A stretch of 64,000 nucleotides of DNA from an uncultured Bacteroidales bacterium (GCA_945829225.1 CALZTY010000002.1:9060-73059), one strand, 5' to 3'. Numbered from the stretch's first letter, positions 7,105 through 17,120 are shown. Numbers and translations are program-made. The notes: generated by a model from the sequence alone, not told the origin.

Positions 7105-7112
7105 CAAAGTTA
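7105..7112 (-). promoter_or_regulatory. Orphan -7-type box (TAACTTTG) about 100 nt upstream of the 6985-7008 hairpin
   Basis: Reverse complement of caaagtta. It lies between the tonB stop and the terminator hairpin. Confidence 0.3.
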
Positions 7113-7209
7113 CGCCTATAAAATGCAATCTACAACAAAAAATATGTAAATAATCATTAATAATATTTAACAAACAACAGATATTTTGCTATAAATCGCT
7201 GATTTGTAA

Positions 7210-8010
7210 TTACTTGAAGGTGTAGGTAATGATGGCGATGGATCGATCGGGGGCGTTGTTGTCGGCGCGGGTGTATCGGCGTGCTTTTACCTCGTTGATG
7301 ACGGCTTGTCGCAGTGCGGGGTCGGCACCGGCGGGCGGAGTGCCGTCGAGGAGGGTGACCTCGGTGGCGCGCCCGGTGCGGTCGATGACGGCGCGGACGC
7401 GGATAGAGCCGGTGGTGGTGGCGGGTATGCGGGCATACCGCGGCACTACCCAGCCACCGGTGACTTCGCCGTTGGCATTGCCGTTGAAGGCATTTGACGA
7501 GCCGTTAGGGTTGCCCGAGTTGCCGGGTGTGGCACCGTTGTTGGAGGTGTTGTTGTTGCCGGCAGCGCGGTCGAAGGCATTGCGAGTGGCAGAGGAGACA
7601 CGGCGGCGAGCCTCAGCCTCGGCGAGTTCCTGCTGAGTGGGGCCGGTGGGTTGTGGGGGAGTAGCCTGTTGCTGTACCGGTGATTGGTTGCGCGAGGTGG
7701 CAGGTGTCGGGGGCGCTCCGGCGGCGCCGGCATCGCGGAGGTCATGCCCGGTGGTAGGCTCGGGCACCGAGTGGTTGTTGGCAGTGATGTCGTTGTATGA
7801 CGGCGAGGCGCTCTCGGCGACGGTGGGTATGGCGACGGGAGCCTCGACGATGTCAAAGAATTGGTCGTCGACCAGAGCCACAGAGTGGTCGTGTTGCGGC
7901 GGCCACTCGCGCTGCGAGGGTATGGCGAGGTGGAGGCACATCATCAGCACCACAGCCGCCACGCCGATAAGGGTGGTGAGCGTCAGGGCGATGTTGCGCG
8001 GGTTATTCAT
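7210..8010 (-). CDS. tonB: TonB-family energy transducer
   Basis: 266 aa. N-terminal TM anchor, Pro-rich spacer and C-terminal TonB-like domain. Overlaps the exbD stop by 8 nt and follows exbB-exbD. Confidence 0.7.
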   Translation of the reverse strand: MNNPRNIALTLTTLIGVAAVVLMMCLHLAIPSQREWPPQHDHSVALVDDQFFDIVEAPVAIPTVAESASPSYNDITANNHSVPEPTTGHDLRDAGAAGAPPTPATSRNQSPVQQQATPPQPTGPTQQELAEAEARRRVSSATRNAFDRAAGNNNTSNNGATPGNSGNPNGSSNAFNGNANGEVTGGWVVPRYARIPATTTGSIRVRAVIDRTGRATEVTLLDGTPPAGADPALRQAVINEVKARRYTRADNNAPDRSIAIITYTFK

Positions 8011-8440
8011 GGGCTACGGGGATTTGGGAGTCGCCGACGCGAGTGGCGAGGACCATCTTGATAGAGTTGGCGGCACCGAGATTGAGGACTTCGACCACCT
8101 TGCCATATTGCACGTCGACATCGGCATAGACGGCGATGGAGGCATCGGCGCCGGCGGTGTCGGCATAGGCGGTGAGGCAGGGCAGGAGCGAGTCGGCAGC
8201 CACGGGCTCGGGCGAGGCATTATTGAAGCCTATGTAGTAGGCGCCGTCGCGGTCGATGAACACGCGAGTGACGGGCTTGGAGGGGCTTTGCTCGACACCC
8301 TCGGGGAGGGTGACGTCGATGGCTGTGGGGAACACATAGGTCGAGGTGACCATGAAGAACACCAGCAACAGGAAGATGACGTCGGTCATCGAAGCCATCG
8401 AGAATGTGGCGAGCATATCGTTGGGGCGCTTGAGAGCCAT
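8003..8440 (-). CDS. exbD: ExbD/TolR biopolymer transport protein
   Basis: 145 aa. Single N-terminal TM (VIFLLLVFFMV) and an ExbD-like periplasmic domain. Confidence 0.8.
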   Translation of the reverse strand: MALKRPNDMLATFSMASMTDVIFLLLVFFMVTSTYVFPTAIDVTLPEGVEQSPSKPVTRVFIDRDGAYYIGFNNASPEPVAADSLLPCLTAYADTAGADASIAVYADVDVQYGKVVEVLNLGAANSIKMVLATRVGDSQIPVAHE

Positions 8441-8453
8441 AGCGGTAGGGATG

Positions 8454-9077
8454 TTAAGCCGGCTCGTTGAGCAGGTCCATAAATTCCATGGTGCGAGCCT
8501 CGAGGAGTTTCATCACCTTGTTGACGCGAGCCACGAGATAGTTGTAGGCAAAGAGGGCGGCAATACCGACGATGAGACCGGCAACTGTGGTCGACAGGGC
8601 GGTGTAGATACCGCCGGCAAAGGTGCTAATCTGGGCAGCCGAGCCGGCATTGGCAATCTGGAAGAAAGCCTGCACCATGCCGATAACGGTGCCGAGGAAG
8701 CCGAGCATGGGCGCGGCGGCGGCAGTGGTGGCGAGCCATGGGAGACCCTTGGAGAGGGTCGACACCTCGATGTTGCCGGTATTCTCGATAGCGACGAGCA
8801 CGTCGTTCATGGGTCGTCCGATGCGGCTGATGCCCTTGTCGATGAGGCGAGCACAGGGGTTGTCGGTATTCTTGCACAGGTTGTGGGCGCTCTCGAGTTC
8901 GCCCTCGTGGATGTAGTCGCGGATGCGCTTCATGAAGTCGTCGTCGTAGGTCGATGCGCGACGGATGACTGTGAAGCGCTCGATGAAGATGTAGATGGAG
9001 ATGAGGGCGAGGAGCGACAGCGGTATCATAATCCAGCCGCCGTCGACGAATAATGACCAAATAGAGGGTGAAGACAT
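8454..9077 (-). CDS. exbB: MotA/TolQ/ExbB proton-channel protein
   Basis: 207 aa, three TM segments, conserved PMLGFLGTVIGMVQAF region. Confidence 0.85.
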   Translation of the reverse strand: MSSPSIWSLFVDGGWIMIPLSLLALISIYIFIERFTVIRRASTYDDDFMKRIRDYIHEGELESAHNLCKNTDNPCARLIDKGISRIGRPMNDVLVAIENTGNIEVSTLSKGLPWLATTAAAAPMLGFLGTVIGMVQAFFQIANAGSAAQISTFAGGIYTALSTTVAGLIVGIAALFAYNYLVARVNKVMKLLEARTMEFMDLLNEPA

Positions 9078-9106
9078 ATCGAGAAATTTTTAAGAATATT
9101 TAATAT

Positions 9107-9838
9107 TTAGCGAAGACAAGCGAGGTAGCGATGGATGGTCTCTTCGAGCCCGAGGTAAAGGGCGTCGCAGATAAGGGCATGCCCGATAGACACCTCGTGA
9201 AGCCAAGGCATGGCTTGGTGGAAGTATTGGAGGTTTTCGAGCGAGAGGTCGTGTCCGGCATTTATCCCCAAGCCGAGGTTGTGAGCGACGCGTGCAGCCT
9301 CGATATATGGGGCGACGGCGGCGGCGGGGTCGGAGGGGTAAAGGTCGGCATAAGGCTTGGTGTACAACTCGATGCGGTCGGTGCCGGTGGCGGCGGCGGC
9401 GCGGATGTTGTCGGGGTCGATATCAACAAATATAGATGTGCGGATGCCCGAGTCCTTGAGGCGCTCGACGATGGAGCACAGGAAGTCGTGATTGGGAGCC
9501 ACGTTCCAGCCGGCAGAGGAGGTGAGGGCGTCGGGGCTATCGGGCACCAGAGTCACCTGCTCGGGGCGGTTGCGTCGCACCAATTCCATAAAAGTCTCAT
9601 CGGGGTAGCCCTCAATATTGAACTCCACCTTGACGATAGGGCGCAGGGCGAAGACGTCGGCGCGGCGGATGTGGCGCTCGTCGGGGCGAGGATGGACGGT
9701 GATGCCTTGTGCGCCGAAGGCTTGGCAGTCGGCAGCCACTTGCTCCACCGAGGGACGATTTTCGCCTCGCGCGTTGCGCAAAGTCGCTATCTTATTGATA
9801 TTTACGCTCAGATGCGTGGTTGGTTTGGTCTGGCTCAC
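9107..9838 (-). CDS. pdxJ: Pyridoxine 5'-phosphate synthase
   Basis: 243 aa. [16 protein letters not shown] at the N-terminus and [13 protein letters not shown] are typical of PdxJ. Confidence 0.9.
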   Translation of the reverse strand: MSQTKPTTHLSVNINKIATLRNARGENRPSVEQVAADCQAFGAQGITVHPRPDERHIRRADVFALRPIVKVEFNIEGYPDETFMELVRRNRPEQVTLVPDSPDALTSSAGWNVAPNHDFLCSIVERLKDSGIRTSIFVDIDPDNIRAAAATGTDRIELYTKPYADLYPSDPAAAVAPYIEAARVAHNLGLGINAGHDLSLENLQYFHQAMPWLHEVSIGHALICDALYLGLEETIHRYLACLR

Positions 9839-9884
9839 TTTTAATATATTTTCTTCGTTTTAGATGTTAATCAGAAAAAATTCG

Positions 9885-9892
9885 TATATTTG
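9885..9892 (+). promoter_or_regulatory. -7-type promoter box (TATATTTG)
   Basis: Matches TAnnTTTG, 39 nt upstream of the ATG at 9931. It overlaps the GTG start used by the ORF track. Confidence 0.4.
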
Positions 9893-9930
9893 TGACGATT
9901 TCAGAATACAAATTTAGTCATAAAAATAGA

Positions 9931-10287
9931 ATGACGAAAGAAAAAGTATCAAAAGACGCAAAATTTGAGAGCGCCGAGGTGAATTTTCCGCCTGTCGAGG
10001 AGAGTAGCCGCCTGCTGATAGCGTGCCGCCCGAGCGACTATATGGCATCGGAGATAGCCCGCGCTGTCGAGGATGCCGATGCTCGCTTGCTCAACCTCAA
10101 TGTCACAGCCATCGACAGCGACGGCTTGACAGTGACGGCATTGCGAGTTGCACGCCGCGACCCGCAGCCGGTGGCGCGGTCGCTTGAGCGCTATGGCTAC
10201 ACCATCGTGGAGTGCTCGGCTCCACATGCCGATGACGATACTCTCCGAGCACGATATGACGAACTGATGCATTACCTATCCATTTGA
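9931..10287 (+). CDS. Small conserved hypothetical protein (possibly an ACT-like regulatory fold)
   Basis: 118 aa counted from ATG 9931. Lies between pdxJ and nadK, with only 4 nt before nadK. No confident family recognition. Confidence 0.45.
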   Translation: MTKEKVSKDAKFESAEVNFPPVEESSRLLIACRPSDYMASEIARAVEDADARLLNLNVTAIDSDGLTVTALRVARRDPQPVARSLERYGYTIVECSAPHADDDTLRARYDELMHYLSI

Positions 10288-10291
10288 AAAT

Positions 10292-11146
10292 ATGAAAATA
10301 GCCATCTACGGCTCGCGTCGACAGGAGCCTTACCTGCAGTATATACGCCAATTCTTTGATGCCCTGGCACAGATGGGCGATGAGGTCATTCTGCACTCCA
10401 AGATATACGATTATTTGTGGCAAACGTTACCCGAGGTGTTGCCGCGAGTGAGTCGTGTGGTGTCGGGAGGCGATTTCGATGCCGATGTGGTAGCATGCAT
10501 CGGCGGCGACGGCTCGTTCCTGCGCACGGCAGCGTGGGTTGCCGACAAGGAGATCCCCATCATAGGCATCAACACCGGGCATCTGGGATATATGTCATCT
10601 ATTGCTGTGGAGGACCTGCCGGGTCTGCCACAGTTGCTGCGCCACGCTGATATGAGCGTGGAGGAGCGGTCGCTGGTGGCTGTCGACTGCCCGGGTATCA
10701 CCGGGTGGCAGTATGCCCTCAACGAGGTGGCGATTACCAAGGGCGACGGTGCCTCGATAATCAATATTCACGCAAGTATAGATGGCTGTGAATTAGCCAC
10801 ATATCGTAGCGATGGCTTGTTGATAGCCACGCCTACGGGGAGCACCGCCTACAACCTGTCGGTGGGTGGACCCATCGTGCAACCCTCGGCGCCGGTATTT
10901 GTGCTGTCGCCTATCGCGGCACACTCGTTGTCGATGCGCCCGCTGGTGGTTGCCGACCGCTCGCTGCTCACGTTTACCTGTACCAGCCGCGCGCGCAACT
11001 TCCGCATTGCCCTCGACGGGCGCTCATACCCCATCGACTTGGACACTGCCGTGGGCATCACTCGTGCGCCATTTGTCGTCAAGGTGGCAATGGCTCCCGG
11101 CTCCAACTTTGCGCGCACCCTGCGCAATAAACTTGCCTGGGGATAG
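10292..11146 (+). CDS. nadK: NAD kinase
   Basis: 284 aa. GGDGSFLR and TPTGSTAYNLS motifs of ATP-NAD kinases. Confidence 0.9.
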   Translation: MKIAIYGSRRQEPYLQYIRQFFDALAQMGDEVILHSKIYDYLWQTLPEVLPRVSRVVSGGDFDADVVACIGGDGSFLRTAAWVADKEIPIIGINTGHLGYMSSIAVEDLPGLPQLLRHADMSVEERSLVAVDCPGITGWQYALNEVAITKGDGASIINIHASIDGCELATYRSDGLLIATPTGSTAYNLSVGGPIVQPSAPVFVLSPIAAHSLSMRPLVVADRSLLTFTCTSRARNFRIALDGRSYPIDLDTAVGITRAPFVVKVAMAPGSNFARTLRNKLAWG

Positions 11147-11191
11147 CCCGACGAAAGCAAGCAGTGCAAAAAATTTTTTTTGATATAAAAA

Positions 11192-11219
11192 GAGGGTGTG
11201 TCAATTTTGACACACCCTC
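11192..11219. terminator. Perfect 11-bp hairpin between convergent nadK and the LRR gene
   Basis: gagggtgtgtc (11192-11202) / gacacaccctc (11209-11219) with loop aatttt. T-run on the minus-strand side. Confidence 0.6.
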
Positions 11220-11239
11220 GGGATAATGAGATTCAGGGA

Positions 11240-14200
11240 CTATTTCACTGCGAGTTTTGTAACTTGGTTGCCAACTTTGACAATGTAGAAACCCGGGGTT
11301 ACGGCGACAGTAGCGTTTGAGGCTTCTAATGAAGCGACGTGCAGACCATTTGCGGAGTAAATAATGATTGAGGTTGGTGCCTCGGCAACAACATTGATGT
11401 TGCCGTTTGAAGCAAATACGCGTGCGTTGCCTGCATCTACATCCTCAATGCCTGTAATAATACCATTGTTTGCCAATGCTGTGAATTTCAAAGCATTGCC
11501 ATCTTTCGACACAATACCCGTGAAAGAACGCCATCCGCTTTCACCCAATTGGAGAGTAGCAGGGTCGTAATATGCCTTCATAGTAAGAGGTGCTACAGCC
11601 TGCTGTGCAGACCGGAGAACGAAATAGTTATCCTCGGTGTTTATATCCTCCGTACTCATATAACCTGTAATTGAACAATATTCAGCCGGCTGCGGAGCCA
11701 CGAGCCAAATGTTTCTCACTTCATCATTGTCTGCATAGATATTGAAATTAGCCACGCTGAATGCGTTGTAACTCATGCTGCTATCTTTAGTGGAAACGGT
11801 GCCTTCCGGGAATGAGATTATCGGATATTCGTCGTTGGAAACTACAGTTGCAATGTTGCCACTTTCAATTTCCTTTCCTACAAAGTCGGAAGTCAAGCCG
11901 GAGATAGCCACCCAATCTTCCTGGTTGAAGTCAGCATCATTATCGCTTCCCGGTTCAGATTTTTTATCTTCATTGAAAGTGTTCTTAGATGAGCCACTGT
12001 TGCCCATGGTAGAGGCATAGAGATAAGTGCCGTCGAAATAATGTCCAAATAGATTTGTGTTGATTCGATAACACTCACCGGCATTTGCGGTCAACACTTT
12101 GTCAAGACCATTCTTGGTGTCGGCATATGTATCTGTAATCTCAATGGTTAAGCATGGGATTACGACACTGTTTTCTGCCGGTTCAATTGATGGCATTGAA
12201 GCAGGAGTTTCAGATTCATATGGTGAAGCGAAGATATAGAGATATTTGTCAGTAGGGGTTGAAAATTCATATTTCAAGCCATCAAGTTCATCGACAAATA
12301 CAGGCGTTCCGTCTCCAAGGAGGAGAGTAAGACGAGCATTGCCGTACCTAAAGAATGAGTTAAAGGCAATGCTACCTGTACCTTTAACTTTTACTGCGAT
12401 ACCATTGAAATTGCTATATACGTCCTGACTTCCCTCCACATCTCTATTGAATTGGGCAACATCCTCAATCGACGACGTTCTATTGAGTACTAACCCACCA
12501 TACTGATTATATCCGCTTTTGTTGTCAGTGATGCTGTAGTAGACGTTATCTATTACCACATTGTACAAAGTTTCATATCCGCTGAGGGTTGTGAAATCCA
12601 CATTTACTGTTCCTTGCGGGATAGTTGAGATATCGTATACGCGACTTGGTTCCGGTTCGGGAGCCTCGTAGGTATATTCAAAAGAAACAGGTTCGCTACA
12701 AGAAGTATCATCGCTGACATAAGCCACCACTTTGCAAGTAGAATTAATTGTTATTGGCGTGGAGTAAGTCTTGACGGTATGAACAGCAGAGGCATCGTCG
12801 CCTTCTCCAACAATGTAATAATAAACAGTGCCAACATCGTTAGGATTAGTGAGTGCCAACGCAAACGGGTTGTTAAACACGCATGTCTCGCGAGAAGGTA
12901 TAGGAGCATCAAAAATGCGCTCACCGAATCCTTGCTTGATTCTATCTTCGAAATATGACCATGGAGCATATGATTTATATGCATCAAGACTTCCAAACGG
13001 CACATAAAGATAACCTTTCGAATAAACTTCATTGTCGAATGCGTTGTCAGGACAATCATCGCCATTGAGCGGTAAGGGTCCCTTGTTGATTATTGTATTA
13101 ATATTTGTGCAACCGGCAAATACGTTATTGCCAATGGAGGTCAAACTTTCGGGGAGCGTAACGCCTGTGAGACCCGTGAGGCCTTGGAATGTGCTTTCTG
13201 CGACAGACACTACATCGCTTGAATTGTATTGTCCGGGAATCTCAAGCATACCGATGAAATCCTCATTGAGAGCGTAAGGCGATTTGCCGACGGAGTAGCC
13301 GCCGGTCACTTCGGTATAGGCGAACAAAGACGGGTGCTTGTAATGGGTGAACTTGCCCCAAAATGCGTCAGTGGTAAATGTGCTATATTTATCGTCGGGC
13401 ACTTCAATCAAAGTGTTAGCGAAATGCCACTCATCAAAAGCATTTTCGGTTTCCACAGTCGGCAGAGTGACTGACGAAGGGTTGAAACTGATTGATGACA
13501 ATGAACTGCATCCGGTGAATGCCAAGGTGCCTATTGATGTGACATTAGCCAAGTCAAGGCTCCGCAAGGCGGCGCAGCCTCTGAAAGCAGTTTCGCTAAC
13601 TACAAAGGCTTGCTCCGGGATAGGCACTTCTGTAAGGCTCTCGCAACCGTCAAAGCAACTATAGCCGATTTTATTCAACTCAGGGCTACAAATGGAGGTA
13701 AATTTTTGGAGACTTTTACATCCTACGAAGACACTGTCCATTTCATTTCTCTCGCCGGTTCCCTTGAGGCGATAGACCTCGACAGTCTCCAAGTTATCGC
13801 ACCATCTAAACGCATCGGGAGTAATTTCGATATAGTCGTCGCCGGAGCCGTTAATAGTAACGCTTTTGAGAGCCTTGCAATCTTGGAATGTATAGAGGCT
13901 TGTCCTGCCAAATTGAAAATTACCATTGGTTGTTACGCTTTTTAGATTTTCGCAAGCAGCAAATGTGTAATAGCCCTCCACGAATATCTCATCTGATGTA
14001 ACTGCGGTGAGGTCAAGATTTTCGATGCCGGAACGATAGAATGCCTGTTGATCGATTCTTTTTGTATTTGCAGGAAACTCAATCGACTTGAGGTTTGAAC
14101 ACCAACTGAAAGTAGCCATGGGTATAATAAAACCATCGCTAGAGTTTTTTGGCAATATTACCGTTTGTAGACTACTGCAACCGTCAAAAACATTATTGTA

Positions 14201-14836
14201 AAAGCCGTAAGAATAATAGCCACCTTCATCTGTATAGAAATCCAGATCTTCCGCAAACTCTACAGTCTCGAGACCGGTGCAGAGTCTGAATGCATTCTCT
14301 CGCAGTACTTTCAAACTTGCCGGCAACTTAATGGACTTGAGGGATGTGCAGCCTTCAAAGCAGGAAATGCCAATATATTTCAGACCTTCACTCAGGGAGT
14401 TTTCTTCGGTGTTTATATCCTCCGTGGATATATCTCTAAGCCTCGTACAGCCATAGAATGCATAATCACCTATGGTTTCAACAGTATTGGGCATGCCCGA
14501 TACAAATTCTATTCCTGTACACCCTTCAAAAGAACCGATTTTTTTCACTTGGCTTCCCTCGAAGAATTGAATACCGAGGAGTCGCTCTTGGTAATCAAAC
14601 CCTTCAACGCTTACAATAGGGATACCATCACTTTCGCGCACTGCCGGCACGTCGAGCACGCCTTCATAAGTTTCATAGGGACGGGGTTTCATTATGTAAC
14701 CGCTTCCGTCTTCCGTTAATTCAAACAGAAACGGCTCATCTTGGGCTTTAGCAGGCAATACCGAGGTAATAATCAACAATGCCAACAACCATACAGCCGG
14801 TCTATGTGATAATTGCAATTTTGTTAACATAATCAT
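11240..14836 (-). CDS. BspA-type leucine-rich-repeat surface protein with a T9SS C-terminal sorting domain
   Basis: 1198 aa. Signal peptide. Many units such as FEGCTSLKSIKLPASLKVLRENAF and FTGCSSLSSISF. C-terminus IIIYSANGLHVASLEA...GFYIVKVGNQVTKLAVK is T9SS CTD-like. The gene is visibly AT-richer than its neighbours. Confidence 0.8.
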   Translation of the reverse strand: MIMLTKLQLSHRPAVWLLALLIITSVLPAKAQDEPFLFELTEDGSGYIMKPRPYETYEGVLDVPAVRESDGIPIVSVEGFDYQERLLGIQFFEGSQVKKIGSFEGCTGIEFVSGMPNTVETIGDYAFYGCTRLRDISTEDINTEENSLSEGLKYIGISCFEGCTSLKSIKLPASLKVLRENAFRLCTGLETVEFAEDLDFYTDEGGYYSYGFYNNVFDGCSSLQTVILPKNSSDGFIIPMATFSWCSNLKSIEFPANTKRIDQQAFYRSGIENLDLTAVTSDEIFVEGYYTFAACENLKSVTTNGNFQFGRTSLYTFQDCKALKSVTINGSGDDYIEITPDAFRWCDNLETVEVYRLKGTGERNEMDSVFVGCKSLQKFTSICSPELNKIGYSCFDGCESLTEVPIPEQAFVVSETAFRGCAALRSLDLANVTSIGTLAFTGCSSLSSISFNPSSVTLPTVETENAFDEWHFANTLIEVPDDKYSTFTTDAFWGKFTHYKHPSLFAYTEVTGGYSVGKSPYALNEDFIGMLEIPGQYNSSDVVSVAESTFQGLTGLTGVTLPESLTSIGNNVFAGCTNINTIINKGPLPLNGDDCPDNAFDNEVYSKGYLYVPFGSLDAYKSYAPWSYFEDRIKQGFGERIFDAPIPSRETCVFNNPFALALTNPNDVGTVYYYIVGEGDDASAVHTVKTYSTPITINSTCKVVAYVSDDTSCSEPVSFEYTYEAPEPEPSRVYDISTIPQGTVNVDFTTLSGYETLYNVVIDNVYYSITDNKSGYNQYGGLVLNRTSSIEDVAQFNRDVEGSQDVYSNFNGIAVKVKGTGSIAFNSFFRYGNARLTLLLGDGTPVFVDELDGLKYEFSTPTDKYLYIFASPYESETPASMPSIEPAENSVVIPCLTIEITDTYADTKNGLDKVLTANAGECYRINTNLFGHYFDGTYLYASTMGNSGSSKNTFNEDKKSEPGSDNDADFNQEDWVAISGLTSDFVGKEIESGNIATVVSNDEYPIISFPEGTVSTKDSSMSYNAFSVANFNIYADNDEVRNIWLVAPQPAEYCSITGYMSTEDINTEDNYFVLRSAQQAVAPLTMKAYYDPATLQLGESGWRSFTGIVSKDGNALKFTALANNGIITGIEDVDAGNARVFASNGNINVVAEAPTSIIIYSANGLHVASLEASNATVAVTPGFYIVKVGNQVTKLAVK

Positions 14837-14891
14837 ATGATTTTTTACGGTTATGAGTATCGAAAACGAATAATCAATACCACCTTTTCGG

Positions 14892-14899
14892 CAAAGTTA
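14892..14899 (-). promoter_or_regulatory. -7-type promoter box (TAACTTTG) for the LRR gene
   Basis: Reverse complement of caaagtta, 56 nt upstream of the ATG at 14836. Confidence 0.4.
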
Positions 14900-15010
14900 C
14901 ACATAAACTTTGATTTAATTTTTCCATTTGGAAAGTTTTTTTGAATGGAGAGCGTAATTATCACATTTTTTCCATGAACGCTTTAATTTTCACCCACATA
15001 ATAGACAAAT

Positions 15011-15046
15011 GGGGTGTACCAAAATCTTGAAATTTTGATACACCCC
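15011..15046 (-). terminator. Long hairpin downstream of fabH
   Basis: ggggtgta...caaaat cttgaa attttg...tacacccc forms a nested stem. The following T tract is weak. Confidence 0.4.
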
Positions 15047-15089
15047 CTAATATTTTCGTTATTGTTATGATTACGAATTATTGCGGTAA

Positions 15090-16076
15090 TCAGAGGTCCC
15101 ACACGAGGTACATAGCACCCCAGGTGAAACCGGCACCAAAGGCGGTGAGGACGATGCGGTCACCGGCTTTGAGTTGCCCTTTGTACTCGTCGAGGCACAA
15201 GGGAATAGAAGCGGCTGATGTGTTGCCTACATGTTGGATGTTTACCAGGACCTTGTCCATGGGGAACTTGGCGCGGTCGGCGACAGCCTCGATGATGCGG
15301 AGGTTTGCTTGGTGGGGAACCAGGTAGTCGACGTCGTCGGCGCTGAGGTTGTTGCGCTTCATGATGTCGAGAGTGGATGTAAGCATGTCCACCACGGCGT
15401 TTTTGTAGACGTTGCGGCCGTCTTGGAAGAGGAAGTGACCGCCCTCGTCGAGTGTTTGTTGCGAAGTGGGGAGGACCGAACCGCCGGCGGGCATGAAAAG
15501 ATGCTCGCGACCGCGACCGTCGACGTGGAACACGCCGTCGATGACGCCAACGCCTTGCTTGTCGGTGGGTTCAACCAGTACGCAGGCGGCGCCGTCGCCG
15601 AAGAGGGGGCAAGTGGCGCGGTCGGTGTAGTTAATCATAGACGACATCTTCTCGGTGCAGCAGACGATGACCTTACGGTAGATGCTCGACTTGATATAAG
15701 CGGCGGCATCCTGGAGGGCGACGATGAAGCCGGCACAAGCGGCTTGTATGTCGTAGGCATACGAGTTTTTGAGTCCGGTGCCATGGGCGATAACCGATGC
15801 TGTAGAGGGGAAACGGTAGTCGGGGTTGGAGGTTGCGCAGATGAGGAGGTCGATTTCGGCGGGGTCGATGTTATATTGGGCGAGCATCTTGTTGACGGCT
15901 TCGATGCCCATATAAGACGAGCCGGCGCCATCACGGTGGAGGATGCGGCGTTCCTTGATGCCGACGCGAGTAGTAATCCACTCGTCGTTGGTATCGACCA
16001 TCTGCGACAGCATCTCGTTGTCGAGGATGTCGTCGGGGATATATGAGGCTATGGCTGAAATGCGAGCGCTAAGCAT
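15090..16076 (-). CDS. fabH: 3-oxoacyl-ACP synthase III
   Basis: 328 aa. Active-site Cys in AACAGF, His in VPHQANLRI and Asn in GNTSAASIP. Confidence 0.9.
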   Translation of the reverse strand: MLSARISAIASYIPDDILDNEMLSQMVDTNDEWITTRVGIKERRILHRDGAGSSYMGIEAVNKMLAQYNIDPAEIDLLICATSNPDYRFPSTASVIAHGTGLKNSYAYDIQAACAGFIVALQDAAAYIKSSIYRKVIVCCTEKMSSMINYTDRATCPLFGDGAACVLVEPTDKQGVGVIDGVFHVDGRGREHLFMPAGGSVLPTSQQTLDEGGHFLFQDGRNVYKNAVVDMLTSTLDIMKRNNLSADDVDYLVPHQANLRIIEAVADRAKFPMDKVLVNIQHVGNTSAASIPLCLDEYKGQLKAGDRIVLTAFGAGFTWGAMYLVWDL

Positions 16077-16135
16077 AGTATAATAATGTTTTGTTATGAC
16101 TGAAATTGCGGTTACTTAATACAACAGTTGGATAT

Positions 16136-16170
16136 GAAAAATCGCTCCTTACTGATGATAGAAAGGAGTG
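16136..16170 (-). terminator. Hairpin plus T-run between rpmF and fabH (terminator or attenuator)
   Basis: cgctcctt (16143-16150) / aaggagtg (16163-16170). The minus strand continues atttttc. Confidence 0.35.
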
Positions 16171-16195
16171 TTTTTCATAGCCATGGGACGAGACA

Positions 16196-16384
16196 TTATA
16201 CTGCAGCCTCTTCCTTGACGATAGCGGGCAAGCCGCGATAGTAGCCACATTCGCCACATACGGTGTGGCAAAGGTGCCAAGCGCCGCAGTTGGGGCAGAT
16301 TGACAGGGTGGGGGTAACAGCCTTGTCGTGGGTGCGACGTTTTGCAGTACGAGTCTTCGATTGTTTGCGTTTAGGATGTGCCAT
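16196..16384 (-). CDS. rpmF: 50S ribosomal protein L32
   Basis: 62 aa. MAHPKRKQSKTRTAKRRTHDKA plus a four-Cys zinc ribbon (CPNCG...CGECG). Confidence 0.95.
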   Translation of the reverse strand: MAHPKRKQSKTRTAKRRTHDKAVTPTLSICPNCGAWHLCHTVCGECGYYRGLPAIVKEEAAV

Positions 16385-16450
16385 GATGTTTTATTGTTTA
16401 CTTTTGTTATTATTTTTATTGTTGAAAGCCCCGACGGCAGGGCTTGTTGT

Positions 16451-17008
16451 TTAGTCGTTAATATCGATGTTTTTCAGAGCATCCCATCGGGGGTCGGAGG
16501 CGGCTTCCACATCGTCGGTGTCGATGTCGTCGAGGTCTATGTCCTCATCGGTGAGCCCGGTCTGGTGCTTCTTGAGCAGAGCGCTCATCTGTCGGTTGCA
16601 CTTGCCCATGGGGTGGACGTGCTTGATGGGGATGGCGAGCACGACGGTGTCGTAGAGCATATAAGCCACGTTGAGGTCGTTGTCGGCGGTGGGGATGATG
16701 AGGGTGTCATCCGAGGAGTCGTCATAGTCATCGCCATACTCTACGGTGATGTCGTAGGTGGTGTCGATGGGTATCTCCAGGTCGTCGAGGCAACGGTCGC
16801 AGAGCATGGTCACCGAACCGCGGAGGGCGAAGTGGAGGCGATAGGCGTCGTGGTTGTACTCGACGGAGAGGTGAACATCCACGTTGGCATCGCGCGCGTC
16901 GTCATACTCCATATTGGCAAAGAAAGCCTTGTCGAGTTTGTAGTCAAACTCGTGGACTCCCTTGTGCAACGACTTCAGGGGCAACTTGTATGCTGAGAAC
17001 TTTCCCAT
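16451..17008 (-). CDS. YceD/DUF177-family protein
   Basis: 185 aa, acidic, with a CDRC motif. Sits directly upstream of rpmF, as is typical for yceD. Confidence 0.75.
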   Translation of the reverse strand: MGKFSAYKLPLKSLHKGVHEFDYKLDKAFFANMEYDDARDANVDVHLSVEYNHDAYRLHFALRGSVTMLCDRCLDDLEIPIDTTYDITVEYGDDYDDSSDDTLIIPTADNDLNVAYMLYDTVVLAIPIKHVHPMGKCNRQMSALLKKHQTGLTDEDIDLDDIDTDDVEAASDPRWDALKNIDIND

Positions 17009-17031
17009 AACGAGGTGCGTGAAAAACTTTG

Positions 17032-17039
17032 CAAAGTTA
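17032..17039 (-). promoter_or_regulatory. -7-type promoter box (TAACTTTG)
   Basis: Reverse complement of caaagtta, 24 nt upstream of the ATG at 17008. Confidence 0.45.
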
Positions 17040-17120
17040 CGGATAATCTTGCAAATGACAAAGTTTTAATTCAAAATATTGTTAATTTGCGCGTTATTAA
17101 GCCTCTAAACACCCAATAAT

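Noticed and set aside
16077-16195. Missing plsX between rpmF and fabH as a sign of deletion.
   Set aside because: The 119-nt gap shows only a hairpin and no gene remnant. As far as I recall, yceD-rpmF-fabH without plsX is a normal arrangement in Bacteroidetes, so it is not reported as an anomaly.
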